This document shows, piece after piece, positions 28,761 to 38,493 of a DNA stretch of 56,397 nt. The DNA comes from Bdellovibrionota bacterium FG-2. Its GTDB lineage: Bacteria; Bdellovibrionota; UBA1018. Below the pieces are notes generated by a model. That model was not told where the DNA came from and did no database searches. It worked only from the letters and a program-made list of their open reading frames with translations. Numbering within the stretch: position 1 is the stretch's first letter; each line of letters opens with the position of its first letter. The position numbers were made by a program, and so were the translations under genes. The stretch spans positions 1 through 56,397 of the forward strand of contig JBBCAV010000168.1 of NCBI GenBank assembly GCA_051382305.1, given 5' to 3'.

Positions 28761-29078
28761 ATGAGAACAATCAAGCCAGAGGTTTTAAATGGAATGGTCT
28801 TTAGCATTATTGTTGCGTTGGTCGTCGCGTTGATCTCCCCAGTATTGAGTTTTGCGGCTAGAGATTTGTCATCCGTTGCAGATGGTGCGGTCACCCAGGC
28901 CACGACTATCGCAAGAGCATTAAGCGTTTTGGGAGTGCTTTGTGGCGCTGTGTTTTACCAAATCCCAGGTGCCACGATGTTTGCAAGAGGCACAATTGTT
29001 GGTGGCTTAATCGGTGCGGGTTTGAGCTTTGCTGGTCCTAGCCTAATCGGACTCTTTCGTGGGCTATTCGGGGGATAA
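28761..29078 (+). CDS. Pilin (VirB2/TrbC-like)
   Basis: Long signal ending SFA followed by two hydrophobic helices; position upstream of VirB3/VirB4. Confidence 0.65.
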   Translation: MRTIKPEVLNGMVFSIIVALVVALISPVLSFAARDLSSVADGAVTQATTIARALSVLGVLCGAVFYQIPGATMFARGTIVGGLIGAGLSFAGPSLIGLFRGLFGG

Positions 29079-29083
29079 TCTAT

Positions 29084-29377
29084 ATGATTTATGGCGCACG
29101 CAATCTTAATGACAATGGATCAGTGCTGGGACTCAACATCTTTGATCTCATCGGCGCAGTCGGTGTGATGGTCGTAACCTCGGAGATGCTTCGCCCTCTA
29201 CGACTTGAATTTTTGTCCGTACTGGCTGGGGCGGTATCTCTAGCTGTACTGATTCCGATCCGAATGAAATATCGAAGAAAAATTATTAGAGACACGATGC
29301 TGTTCTTCTTAGGCTCCCGAAGGATCAAGGGAACGTGGCGGCGAGTTAGCGAATTGTCTCAGGAGTACAAATTATGA
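29084..29377 (+). CDS. VirB3/TraL-like small membrane protein
   Basis: 97 aa, RNL.D...VLGL...D, two TMs, basic tail, stop overlaps the VirB4 start. Confidence 0.6.
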   Translation: MIYGARNLNDNGSVLGLNIFDLIGAVGVMVVTSEMLRPLRLEFLSVLAGAVSLAVLIPIRMKYRRKIIRDTMLFFLGSRRIKGTWRRVSELSQEYKL

Positions 29378-31611
29378 TGAACTTCATTGAACTTTCACGC
29401 CTCTCCCATGTTGATGGCGCAGATAGTGATCAAGAGTTTCCTGTCTTTGTCACAGAAGCTGGGCGAAGCGGTGTCGTTTTCAAAGTTCCGATCATTGACA
29501 CCGAAGGGTCTCAATTTGAAGCTTGGTTTACCTCAGTACAAAATCTTATTTCACGACTTAAGCCAGGGGTGACCCTTCGAGTAATTCAAAAAACATTCCG
29601 GGGGAGTCTTGGTGAGTTCGGAGGCTCGCGCAGTGATGCAATCAAGCGCTTGGGCTACCTGGAGAGTGAGGTTTTTATTGGAGTTGAGACCTCTGGCAGT
29701 ATGTCCTTATCTTTTCTTGATTGGTTTAGAGCCATCATGGGCAAAAAGCTCCTGGCTTTGAAGAATCAGGCAGCGGTGCTAAGGGCTAGTGTTGATTTCT
29801 CTGCGCTTCGCACTCTGGGTAGTTCTGCTCTTAACGAGGCGCATCTCAGGCACTTTTTCCCAAGCTTTTGCACGGATCTTGTCGCAACGAAGCGAGGCAT
29901 AGACACGGGAGAGGGGTTAATCGGAGTCTTGCGGCTTTCTCGTCAGGGGGTGCAAGGCGTTGATCAAAGAACGCTTGCCGTATTGCGGGAGCAGCTCGTT
30001 GCGCCGTATGAGATTTCGGTAGTCATCCGAAAACTGCCTGACGTGCGGGCGCAATACATTTTGAGGCGCAAGCGCGCACAAATCGCAGCCTCAAAAGATA
30101 CGCTAGCGCCTCGTGTTTATCAAACTACGGACGATCTCACAGCCGAAACATCGTTGTCTGGAAAGGGATTGGTCGAACTTGAATGGCTTTTGGTCCTCGT
30201 TCGCAGCTCTGAGAAGGACTTGCGCGAAGATTTAGAAGCCTGTGCTCGGGTGCTCTCAGATTTTGGAGACGTTTACATCGAAGTCCAGGGCGCCGCCGCT
30301 AGCTTTGCAGCCACTCAGCTCGGAGCCGACCCCCATCATATGTTTTTTGAATTAGACGAGGTAGCCGCCTATTACCTGCCGATGTTTAGCCGGGGAGAGG
30401 AAAAATATTTGAATTATTCAAATGCGCGCGCCGTTCCACTTCACAGGCAAGATGGATCCCTCTACTTTTTTGACCTTTGGCGCAAAGGCTATGATGGCGC
30501 GAATTGCATCATCAACGGGCGACGCGGCAAAGGTAAAAGTGTCCTGGCTAATCTCATTTCAACCGCATTGCTGAATGACCCAGCGGTTAGGATGATTAAA
30601 GTTGATGTCGGGGGTTCCTACACAAAGGAGTGCGCACTGGTTGGCGGAAAACACATTCAGTTCAATCTTGCCGAACCCTCTGGCATCAATCCCTTTGCGC
30701 TTTTAAATCAGACGGAATTTGTGCAAGACGCAGCCGTAATTCTCTCGGGCTTCATTTCAACCCTTCTTCTTGAGAGTAGAGAAACTATTCTAACTAAAGA
30801 GATGCTAGGCTCAATCGAAAAGGCTGTGCTTGCCTATGCTGAATCTCGCCCTTTAGCCCCATCTTTGCCTGGATTCATGGCCGCCGCTCATGATCTCCCT
30901 CGTCGTGGTCTGCTTGAGCGATTCTCTCCAGGCGGGGTGTTTTCCAACGTCATCAAAGAGCGACCCGATGGAGACGTACTAAACGGCGATCTGGCGAGTC
31001 GGTATATCTATTTCAACTTCGAACGCCTTCAAAACGCTGCCAACGAGGATTTTGCTCAGGCCGTAATGGCGGCGGTAATTGCGGCCACTAACCTTGAAGT
31101 GTTGCGAGCAGGTGACGCAAGACGTGGCGCAAAAAACCGTGTCGTGTTTTTCGCAGACGAAACGCCCTTCTTTATTCAAAGAAACGGGAGATTCTTTAAA
31201 CTTACGACCGCAAATTTCAGAAAGTTTGGGCACGCCACGATCTTGATCGCTCAAACGACCAGAGACTTTGAGCTTGTCAAAGAGGGCGGGGAAACGGATT
31301 ACGGAATTTTGCTCAATAGCCCCATTCGATTCCTTTACCAGGTTGACGATGACGCGGCGGTATTTGCGGAGCGATTGGCGCTTACACCACGCCAAATCGC
31401 GGAGATTCAGGCTCTAGGACGATCTGATGAGTTTCGAGAAGTGTTCTTACAAGACGAGCTTGGAGGGCGAGTCCTTCGCGTCGCAGTCACGCCCGAGGAA
31501 TACTGGCGCGTCACCTCCTCTCGCTCAGACAACGAGAAAATCGAAGCATTATTAACCGCCGTGCCGGGGTTGAGATTACAGGAGGCAATCCGATGTCTAT
31601 CCGTGGGGTAA
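29374..31611 (+). CDS. virB4: VirB4/TraC-family conjugation ATPase
   Basis: Walker A NGRRGKGKS, VDVGGSY, INPF, Walker B FFADE, FRKFG...IAQ, LLNS. Confidence 0.9.
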   Translation: MMNFIELSRLSHVDGADSDQEFPVFVTEAGRSGVVFKVPIIDTEGSQFEAWFTSVQNLISRLKPGVTLRVIQKTFRGSLGEFGGSRSDAIKRLGYLESEVFIGVETSGSMSLSFLDWFRAIMGKKLLALKNQAAVLRASVDFSALRTLGSSALNEAHLRHFFPSFCTDLVATKRGIDTGEGLIGVLRLSRQGVQGVDQRTLAVLREQLVAPYEISVVIRKLPDVRAQYILRRKRAQIAASKDTLAPRVYQTTDDLTAETSLSGKGLVELEWLLVLVRSSEKDLREDLEACARVLSDFGDVYIEVQGAAASFAATQLGADPHHMFFELDEVAAYYLPMFSRGEEKYLNYSNARAVPLHRQDGSLYFFDLWRKGYDGANCIINGRRGKGKSVLANLISTALLNDPAVRMIKVDVGGSYTKECALVGGKHIQFNLAEPSGINPFALLNQTEFVQDAAVILSGFISTLLLESRETILTKEMLGSIEKAVLAYAESRPLAPSLPGFMAAAHDLPRRGLLERFSPGGVFSNVIKERPDGDVLNGDLASRYIYFNFERLQNAANEDFAQAVMAAVIAATNLEVLRAGDARRGAKNRVVFFADETPFFIQRNGRFFKLTTANFRKFGHATILIAQTTRDFELVKEGGETDYGILLNSPIRFLYQVDDDAAVFAERLALTPRQIAEIQALGRSDEFREVFLQDELGGRVLRVAVTPEEYWRVTSSRSDNEKIEALLTAVPGLRLQEAIRCLSVG

Positions 31612-33164
31612 ATCCTGGTTTTTTGGGATTTGTGTGTTTTGTGGTCGGAATTGAGGGCCTGTTTGGCCCGAAAGCCCACGCTTTTGATCCGTTTACGGTG
31701 CTTGCGGCGGGTAATGCGGCGATTAGCATCGCTGACTATGCCTCAGGCGGGGCCAATGATTCTTCTGATGTTCGCGATCTCATGTCTGCCTTAGGTGAGC
31801 TTGATGACGAATTAATCCCAAACCACGATGACGACCCCTACAAAGTCGCTCAGAAAATCGCAGAGGCTGAGCACCTAGCGCGCGAGGCTGGCTACACCAA
31901 AGAAGAAATCGATTCCCTGTTGTTGGGCTATAAGACTTCTAATCAAAACCTCACCCAATCCATTCGCCTGCTGTCGCGCTCTGTTCGAATGGGAAAACAG
32001 ATTGCCAGGCTTAGCGGCATAGTAGCAGCCGCATCGGAGGCAGGCAAAGCGGGTGTCGCTTCAGAAGCCTTACGGAATCAGGCTCAAAACCAAGAAAAGA
32101 AAATTCTCACCGATATGTACGGGCAAATGCTCAACTCCACGCTTGATGAGAAAATAGCAGAGCTGCGGCGGCAAAAGGCCTTTCAAGAGCGATACAAGAA
32201 ACTGCGCAGCTATGTCTACTCCGTTGCGCCGGGTGGCAACATGGCCCTCTTCCCGCTGGATAGCAAAATCATCAAGAAGGCGATGGACGTTTATCACGCC
32301 TATTATGCGGTCCTGCTCGCCTTAGTGGGTACGATTTTCATGTTTCGCGTCATCTACTACCAGTTTTCTTTGGCGACATCAGACATCTACGTCGATCTGA
32401 TTAAGGATGTCTTCACTTGCTACTTTCTAATGCTTGCCCTTCCCCACGTCTTTACCTACCTCGTGGAGTGTTCCGAGGCATTGTCACTTAAGCTTGGAGA
32501 GGTTTTCAATGTGACTGGAGCGGTAATCCCTGATGCCTTGCCAATTGACCTATCAAATCCACGCTCGTGGCTTCGCCTCGAGGTGTTTCCCCTCGTCCTT
32601 TATGCGCTGACCCATATCGTATTTAACTTCGTCATCGCTCTACTGATTGCCATGGGTCCCATCATTGTACTGGGTGGGACGATGATGAATTTCTCAGTCA
32701 GCCTTACCGCATATTTTGGACTCCTACTGTTCATCTGCGTGTGGCCCGCGTTTTGGAACGTCCTTGGGTATTTCAAAAATGTCTTGTTCGATGAAAAAGG
32801 AGCGGGTGACCTCTTTGCAGGATTTATTGTGTTCCTCTTTCAGGCGATCTCTCCGCTTTTTCTTTACGTGCAACTCAAGAACACCCAAGTCGGGCAGGCC
32901 GCAAGCAAAGCTCTGGGAGGGGTGGGCAGTGGCGTGAGTAAAGGCGTGGATTGGTATCAGAGCAGAGGCGGTGAGGGAGCACAGGGTGCGCAAGGAGGGC
33001 AAGGGATCAGAGGCGGTGGCGGCGGCGGAGACAGCAAGCCTGGCGTGAGGGACTTTCTCTCTTCTCCAGGTAAATCAACAAAGACTCTTGTGAGTCGGAT
33101 GCAACGAAAACGTCGCGGCATTGATGTAAGCGACAAAGATTATCAGGAGCACTTTAAATTATGA
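31593..33164 (+). CDS. VirB6/TrbL-like polytopic membrane protein with long N-terminal helical domain
   Basis: Signal-like start (AHA), roughly 200-aa helical region, about six TMs, Gly-rich tail; follows VirB4. Confidence 0.65.
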   Translation: MSIRGVNPGFLGFVCFVVGIEGLFGPKAHAFDPFTVLAAGNAAISIADYASGGANDSSDVRDLMSALGELDDELIPNHDDDPYKVAQKIAEAEHLAREAGYTKEEIDSLLLGYKTSNQNLTQSIRLLSRSVRMGKQIARLSGIVAAASEAGKAGVASEALRNQAQNQEKKILTDMYGQMLNSTLDEKIAELRRQKAFQERYKKLRSYVYSVAPGGNMALFPLDSKIIKKAMDVYHAYYAVLLALVGTIFMFRVIYYQFSLATSDIYVDLIKDVFTCYFLMLALPHVFTYLVECSEALSLKLGEVFNVTGAVIPDALPIDLSNPRSWLRLEVFPLVLYALTHIVFNFVIALLIAMGPIIVLGGTMMNFSVSLTAYFGLLLFICVWPAFWNVLGYFKNVLFDEKGAGDLFAGFIVFLFQAISPLFLYVQLKNTQVGQAASKALGGVGSGVSKGVDWYQSRGGEGAQGAQGGQGIRGGGGGGDSKPGVRDFLSSPGKSTKTLVSRMQRKRRGIDVSDKDYQEHFKL

Positions 33165-33721
33165 TTTTCACACAAATTAAACCCTATCTTACACTACGGC
33201 TACTCAAGGGCCTTTTATGGATTATCGTCGTTGCGTGGGCCGCAACGGCGTCCGTTTGGGCTTATCGCATCAAGCCGCAAGTGATGCTGATTGGATTAGA
33301 TGACTCCGGCACCCGCATTATAACTTCAGCCGAAGATCCGCTCATTTCAAGGGAGCGTGCGAAATTTGTGCGAGAGTTTATTCGGCTATTTTACAACTTC
33401 GATGATTCCAGTTTTGAACGCAATATGAATCATGCGAGCAAACTCATTGGCGACACCTTATGGAATCAAAAAGATCCCGACATTCAAGCGAAGCTAAAAC
33501 AGTTGAAGAAACAGCCACTGTCGCAAGAGGCCAAGCTTCTTGATCTTCGCGAAGTGACTGACGAAGAATTCGAAGCCGATCTCGGAATCCATATCAAATC
33601 GAAAATCTATGAGGCTAACACCAAGTTTCGCATCGTTGTAAAGATCGCACCCAAGCAACGCAGCGCCGAGAACCCTTATCCTTTGGAGGTTACTGAAATC
33701 CATGAAACAGAATATAATTAG
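33161..33721 (+). CDS. VirB8/TraE-like protein
   Basis: Single N-terminal TM, FVREFIRLFYNFD helix, C-terminal RSAENPYPLEVTEI (VirB8-like NPxG/L motif). Confidence 0.75.
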   Translation: MIFTQIKPYLTLRLLKGLLWIIVVAWAATASVWAYRIKPQVMLIGLDDSGTRIITSAEDPLISRERAKFVREFIRLFYNFDDSSFERNMNHASKLIGDTLWNQKDPDIQAKLKQLKKQPLSQEAKLLDLREVTDEEFEADLGIHIKSKIYEANTKFRIVVKIAPKQRSAENPYPLEVTEIHETEYN

Positions 33722-34223
33722 GGCATATGCCCTAGCAGCCGCATTGGTGTTTTTGGATTCTGCACAAGCGCAACCCATACCCGGTCGTATTAGCGCACGC
33801 TTCGCAGACTTGGGTGAAGTTCACAAAATCTACCTTGCGCAAGGTTTGGCGGCCGTCATTCAACTCCCGTACCCCGTTACTGAAGCGAAGGTGGGAAGTC
33901 CGGGCGATATACAGGTGCAAACTTCGAAGACTCTCCCCTCGGAGCTTACGCTTATTCTAAAACAAGCAGGAGCAAAGGCCACGAATCTGATTATTAGATG
34001 CGGGACTCGAACTTTCGTCTTTGATCTTATTCCATCAACAAAGACTCATCAGGATCTTGTGCGAATCTCCGGGAGCTATGGATCACCAGAAGTTTCTGAC
34101 ATGAGCGCGGTTTTGATCGATGCGAGCAGTCCACTACCTTCGAAGTCGAAAGATGGGATTCCTAAAGATGAAATGACACTCATCGATTCAAGTGAAACTC
34201 ACGAAAGTGTGGCTGGCAAATGA
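33702..34223 (+). CDS. VirB9/TraK-like outer core protein
   Basis: Signal peptide AQA, IYLAQG...VIQLP, TNLII....RTFVFDL. Confidence 0.7.
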   Translation: MKQNIIRAYALAAALVFLDSAQAQPIPGRISARFADLGEVHKIYLAQGLAAVIQLPYPVTEAKVGSPGDIQVQTSKTLPSELTLILKQAGAKATNLIIRCGTRTFVFDLIPSTKTHQDLVRISGSYGSPEVSDMSAVLIDASSPLPSKSKDGIPKDEMTLIDSSETHESVAGK

Positions 34224-35113
34224 GGGGGGCCACCATCCACCTACTCATAAGCGGATTTCTCCTCAATCTTGCTGATGCGGGAGAAGCGCCCCTGAAGAGA
34301 GGGATCTCAACTTGTCAACGAGCAGGAGACTGCACAATCTCCTCGGCTCCCCCACAACCGTTTGATCCGCCTGCGCCTACCCCCTCCCCAGCACCTACAA
34401 AGGCGGCGAGCGTTAGAAAGCAAAGGGGAGCGGTCGGAATTTCACCACAAGCTGAATCGGGCCCTGGAAACCTTCCCGGCTACCTCATCGGAAGGCCCGC
34501 TCGCATGAATGAAGAGACAGAAGACGTTGTGATCGTTCCTGAGAAGCAAACGGGAGCATTGCTCACAGGCCTTCGTGCCGGAGACATTCTTGTTGCTGAG
34601 ATCGAGCAATCCATCAAGGCGTCGCCATCAGTGCCGACCCCGATTCGGGCGCGCATTACCCAAGGCAGATTTCGCAACACCTTCGTTTTGGGGAGCGCAA
34701 CCTTTGATCGTGAACTTAAGCGGGTGCTTCTCGTGTTCGATAAACTTCGCCTACCTGGCGCAGAGCAAAGCTACCAACTCAAGGCAACAGGTCTTGCACT
34801 CTCAGGGCAAGTAGGGCTCGAAGGCGAACATCATACGGATGAGGGCGTCTATTTTGCAGCCGAGGTGTTGACGACGACCGCAGCAGGCTATGCCGATGCG
34901 ACAACTAGCCGAAACCAAAACGCGCTAGGCACCTACCAAACTGAACCAAGTCTCTCAAACGCAACTAAGCAAGGTGCCGTGAGCGCCCTTTCAAAGTCGG
35001 CAGAGCGCTTTGCAGAAAGAGCGCGATCCGCGCCTGAATATACCGAAATCGAAGGTGGAAGAGCGATTCAAATCATTATTGAAACCAATCCGACGGAGGT
35101 AAGCGGTTCATGA
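34220..35113 (+). CDS. VirB10/TrbI/TraB-like protein
   Basis: Pro-rich linker, AGD.L.A.I, P..A.I, RV...F..L, G..GL.G, terminal IEGGRAIQII. Confidence 0.8.
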   Translation: MRGATIHLLISGFLLNLADAGEAPLKRGISTCQRAGDCTISSAPPQPFDPPAPTPSPAPTKAASVRKQRGAVGISPQAESGPGNLPGYLIGRPARMNEETEDVVIVPEKQTGALLTGLRAGDILVAEIEQSIKASPSVPTPIRARITQGRFRNTFVLGSATFDRELKRVLLVFDKLRLPGAEQSYQLKATGLALSGQVGLEGEHHTDEGVYFAAEVLTTTAAGYADATTSRNQNALGTYQTEPSLSNATKQGAVSALSKSAERFAERARSAPEYTEIEGGRAIQIIIETNPTEVSGS

Positions 35114-35133
35114 AAACATCACGATTGTTAGGG

Positions 35134-35297
35134 GGGTACATTAGTGGGCACAAGAGTGGGTGCTTGGTCGTACCTACCAATGTACCCACCCCCGCCAGAG
35201 TTAGTGAAGAAATTTCAAAGGGTTGTGCAACCATAAAAAAAGGGCCGGTTCCAGACCCCACCCCCGCAACGAAAGTTGGTGAGTGGGGTCTGGAACC
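35134..35297. other. Hairpin-rich intergenic region, candidate oriT
   Basis: Imperfect IR GGGTACATT...AATGTACCC (35134-35187) and perfect 15-bp IR GGTTCCAGACCCCAC/GTGGGGTCTGGAACC (35247-35297), directly upstream of the relaxase. Confidence 0.55.
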
Positions 35298-35366
35298 TAA
35301 ATGGGGAATGGATAGTAGGAAGAAGAAAATAGGTTTAGGGCGGGGGTGGTTAGGAGGTCTGAGAGG

Positions 35367-36050
35367 ATGGTAATTCAAAGAAGAGATAAAGAAATAATAA
35401 GAAGATGTTATGAACAGCAATTCATTTTGATTGAACATGTAAGTCGGTACTTTTTTGGGGATGTGAATTCTCAGAAAGCGCGTTTACGAATTCTTGAGCT
35501 TCAAAAGGCGGGGTTTGTTCGTAAAGAAATGATCTCAATGCTAGGTGGACGAAGGGTTATTCGTCTGACTGAGCGGGGTATCTCGGTAGCTAAGCAAGAG
35601 CACCACTTGGATATTCCACAAGCAAGACATCTCGACATTCCAACCCTGACCCATGATGCCATCGTGACCTCTGTTGCCCTACGCTTGGCTCAACTTTGGG
35701 AGGGAACGTGGATTCCCGAGAGGGCGCTTAAGAAGACCGACTACTCCCAAATTCCAGATGGAGTGTTCGTCTTTGATAACCAAAAAAAGATCGCCATTGA
35801 AGTTGAAAACTCCATCAAGGGACGAAGGCGTTTTCTCGGACTGTTAGAGCGGTGGAGAAGCGTCGATGTACTTCTGGTCCTGTACATCTCAACGTCCAAT
35901 GCCATTCACGAAACCGTGAAGCGGTACCTAAGCCAAGGACCTAAGAAACCTGCTTTCGCACTCGTGCCCTGGAGAGACCTAAAAGATGGAATCCCCAGCG
36001 TATGGAGTACCGAAGGCGAACTCGAAATCTTCAACAAAAAGGAGCTGTAA
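35367..36050 (+). CDS. Replication-relaxation (Replic_Relax, MOBC-like) relaxase
   Basis: RD..I N-terminal wHTH, RLTERG, LTHD, W..E, PDG...IAIEVE PD-(D/E)xK-type motif; immediately precedes the coupling protein. Confidence 0.8.
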   Translation: MVIQRRDKEIIRRCYEQQFILIEHVSRYFFGDVNSQKARLRILELQKAGFVRKEMISMLGGRRVIRLTERGISVAKQEHHLDIPQARHLDIPTLTHDAIVTSVALRLAQLWEGTWIPERALKKTDYSQIPDGVFVFDNQKKIAIEVENSIKGRRRFLGLLERWRSVDVLLVLYISTSNAIHETVKRYLSQGPKKPAFALVPWRDLKDGIPSVWSTEGELEIFNKKEL

Positions 36051-36051
36051 A

Positions 36052-37554
36052 ATGATTCATCATCAATATCAATCAGTAGCGTCAAGGATTTTCAATCTGC
36101 CGAGTTGGCAATGGTACGGAGCACTTACATTAGCCGTAACCCTGGCGGGACTATCTGTCGTCCGTCCGGTTGCGATCAGGCCACTGTTCATAATAGCCGG
36201 GAGAAAACTGCGCAGGGCACTTCGATTCAAAAGAAAGGAATCGGGAATAGAGATCGCGGGAGAGTGGATTCCGGATTCGGCAAGGCTCAGACATACCCAT
36301 ATCGTAGGCGCAACCGGCACTGGGAAAACGGTTCTCCTTGAACTGCTCATCTATGCCGAAATTCTGCGTGGCCATGGGATGATGATCATTGATCCCAAAG
36401 GCGACCGCGAGCTCTATGAGCGCGTCAAAGAATTCTGCCGCAAAGTGGGGCGCGGGGGAGACCTTCGTTTTCTATCAGCAACTCACGCTGACGAAAGCGC
36501 GAGGTGGAACCCCTGTCGATTAGGGAATGCCTCAGAGCTTCAATCCAAATGGTTCAACTCAGGAGTTTACAATGAACCTCACTATGCCAAGGCGTGCGAA
36601 TTAGGGTTGCTTCAAGCTTTTAACGCGCTTTTGCAAGACAAGGGCAAAGAGGGCTTTGGCCTTTCAGATCTTGTTGATCAGTTAAGGACCCTAGCGCAGA
36701 ATTCGAAAAGCGAAAACATGCTAGGTCTTTTCTTGGATCTGCAAAATCTCTCCGAGGGCGAATGGGGCCAAATTCTAAATGCCAATCATAAAGCTGAGCG
36801 GGGCAAACAAAGACAAGAGATTTCACTTCTGGATATTACTCGCAAAAATGAAATCCTCTTCGTTGACCTTCCAACTGAAGCCAAGGCGGTCCAAAGCTCA
36901 AGGATGGGCAAATTACTGCTCCAAGAACTCATGCTCATCTCGGGCCTGAGGAAAATCTACCCCGGAATCAAGACGGGCAAACCCTTCTCAATATTTGTGG
37001 ATGAGTTTGACGCGTTCGCCAATCCAAGTTTCTCAACGTTCCTCAATAAGGCACGCTCGTCAGACTTTATGATTCACATCGCGCATCAAACGTTGAGCGA
37101 CCTCAAGAAGGTCAGTCCTGAATTTGCCGGGCAGCTTCTTGGCAACACGAACGTGCGTTACATTTTCAGACAAGATGATCCGGACGACGCTGAGACTTGG
37201 GCACGCTACTTTGGAACAAAGATGGTGACCAAGAGCACTTATCAAAATGAGTACGGCATGAACACGGGGCGCTCCTCACAACGTGAAACTCAGGAATTCA
37301 AAATTCACCCTGACTTGATCAAGTCGCTTAAGATCGGCGAGTGTATCTTCAGTGTAAAGACCGAGGATGTACTGCGAGCCATCAACATTCCATTCTCACG
37401 CAAGGCGAAGGGGAAGACTAACATCCCAAGTGATCGTGGGCCTTCAGGGGCAAGCGACTATAGCTCATACGGATTCGACTCTGACGTTAGTGAGATGAGC
37501 GCGGTTGGTCAATATCGGAAAGCCGATGCCACGGAGCAAACGAAAGCGCCTTGA
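36052..37554 (+). CDS. virD4: Type IV coupling protein (VirD4/TraD-like)
   Basis: N-terminal TM, HTHIVGATGTGKT, IIDPKGD, WNP, FVDEF, KARS, AHQTLSDL, GN; AAGGAG RBS. Confidence 0.92.
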   Translation: MIHHQYQSVASRIFNLPSWQWYGALTLAVTLAGLSVVRPVAIRPLFIIAGRKLRRALRFKRKESGIEIAGEWIPDSARLRHTHIVGATGTGKTVLLELLIYAEILRGHGMMIIDPKGDRELYERVKEFCRKVGRGGDLRFLSATHADESARWNPCRLGNASELQSKWFNSGVYNEPHYAKACELGLLQAFNALLQDKGKEGFGLSDLVDQLRTLAQNSKSENMLGLFLDLQNLSEGEWGQILNANHKAERGKQRQEISLLDITRKNEILFVDLPTEAKAVQSSRMGKLLLQELMLISGLRKIYPGIKTGKPFSIFVDEFDAFANPSFSTFLNKARSSDFMIHIAHQTLSDLKKVSPEFAGQLLGNTNVRYIFRQDDPDDAETWARYFGTKMVTKSTYQNEYGMNTGRSSQRETQEFKIHPDLIKSLKIGECIFSVKTEDVLRAINIPFSRKAKGKTNIPSDRGPSGASDYSSYGFDSDVSEMSAVGQYRKADATEQTKAP

Positions 37555-37595
37555 AACATTGCCTACTTTTAACTTTATGAAAAGGAGATCAAAAG

Positions 37596-37961
37596 ATGGA
37601 AACGACCAAAAATGAAAACGCTAAGCCTGAAACTTCAAAAACTGCCTCCAAGCAAAAGATAAAGGTTGGGACTGACAGCTTGAGGGTGAAGAAGGAAACT
37701 AAGAAGCGCGTATTGAGTGAAATCGCTTCGCTAAACAAAAAGGACTACGGGCGTGTGATCACGCCCGATGATCTTGTGGCAAAAGCGATTTCACTCCTGC
37801 GCCCGGAGCACTTGGAAGACATCAAGGCGCAGGCGCTCTCGAACAAGGACCGCCTTGAGATGCGTTATCAAGAGTATTGCGCGAAGAACGGGAAGGTGTC
37901 GAAAGATGAGTTCTACGGGGTTCTGCTCTCTGCGGGCACAGAGATCACGGCGGAGAGTTAG
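37596..37961 (+). CDS. Basic hypothetical protein, possible RHH-type DNA-binding accessory factor
   Basis: AAGGAG RBS; SLRVKKETK strand-helix-helix pattern. Confidence 0.5.
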   Translation: METTKNENAKPETSKTASKQKIKVGTDSLRVKKETKKRVLSEIASLNKKDYGRVITPDDLVAKAISLLRPEHLEDIKAQALSNKDRLEMRYQEYCAKNGKVSKDEFYGVLLSAGTEITAES

Positions 37962-37964
37962 GCC

Positions 37965-38198
37965 ATGATTGACGCCATTGCTTCGTCCATAATCGGGCTA
38001 TTTGAATTTGCTAGAACTTGGATCCGACACGAATTGGGAGCAGCGGACTACCGAATCTTCCGTTTGGTTTTTTTCTCTACGTTTGCGGTTTTGTTAGCGT
38101 TCGATCTTGCCCGGACGGCAAATACTTTTGCGCTCGCAATAGGGCGGATGATCAAACGATTTTTTTTGTTTCTGTTGGCAGGTCGAATCGAAGAATAG
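37965..38198 (+). CDS. Small membrane hypothetical protein
   Basis: GGAG RBS; one hydrophobic segment; co-oriented in the operon. Confidence 0.45.
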   Translation: MIDAIASSIIGLFEFARTWIRHELGAADYRIFRLVFFSTFAVLLAFDLARTANTFALAIGRMIKRFFLFLLAGRIEE

Positions 38199-38258
38199 GA
38201 CCGATTCATATTTTAAGTAAAAAAATAGACAGGAGGCTACTTGCGCGAGAGGAAAACA

Positions 38259-38480
38259 ATGACTACACTTGAAATTGCGACTGATAGGGAACCAGACGAG
38301 GGGGAAATGGACCGTCTCACCTGGTTAGATTCAAAAGAGGCTGCGAAGTACATTCGGAAAACGGCCAACGCGATGCGGATTATGGTGTACCGGGGATATA
38401 TCCGGCCCAGAAGATTTCATCGTAGGCTTTATTTTCGGAAACTAGAACTTGATCGACTGCTTGAATCCTCGATTTTTTAA
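38259..38480 (+). CDS. xis: Excisionase-like HTH protein
   Basis: WLDSKEAAKYI...RG.I...RRLYFRK.ELDR; directly upstream of the integrase. Confidence 0.8.
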   Translation: MTTLEIATDREPDEGEMDRLTWLDSKEAAKYIRKTANAMRIMVYRGYIRPRRFHRRLYFRKLELDRLLESSIF

Positions 38481-38493
38481 TCAAGGAGGATTC

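Noticed and set aside
35110-35373. 87-aa ORF between virB10 and the relaxase
   Set aside because: It runs through strong hairpins and G/C tracts with no protein-like features, and is better explained as non-coding. The ATGA overlap means it cannot be fully excluded.
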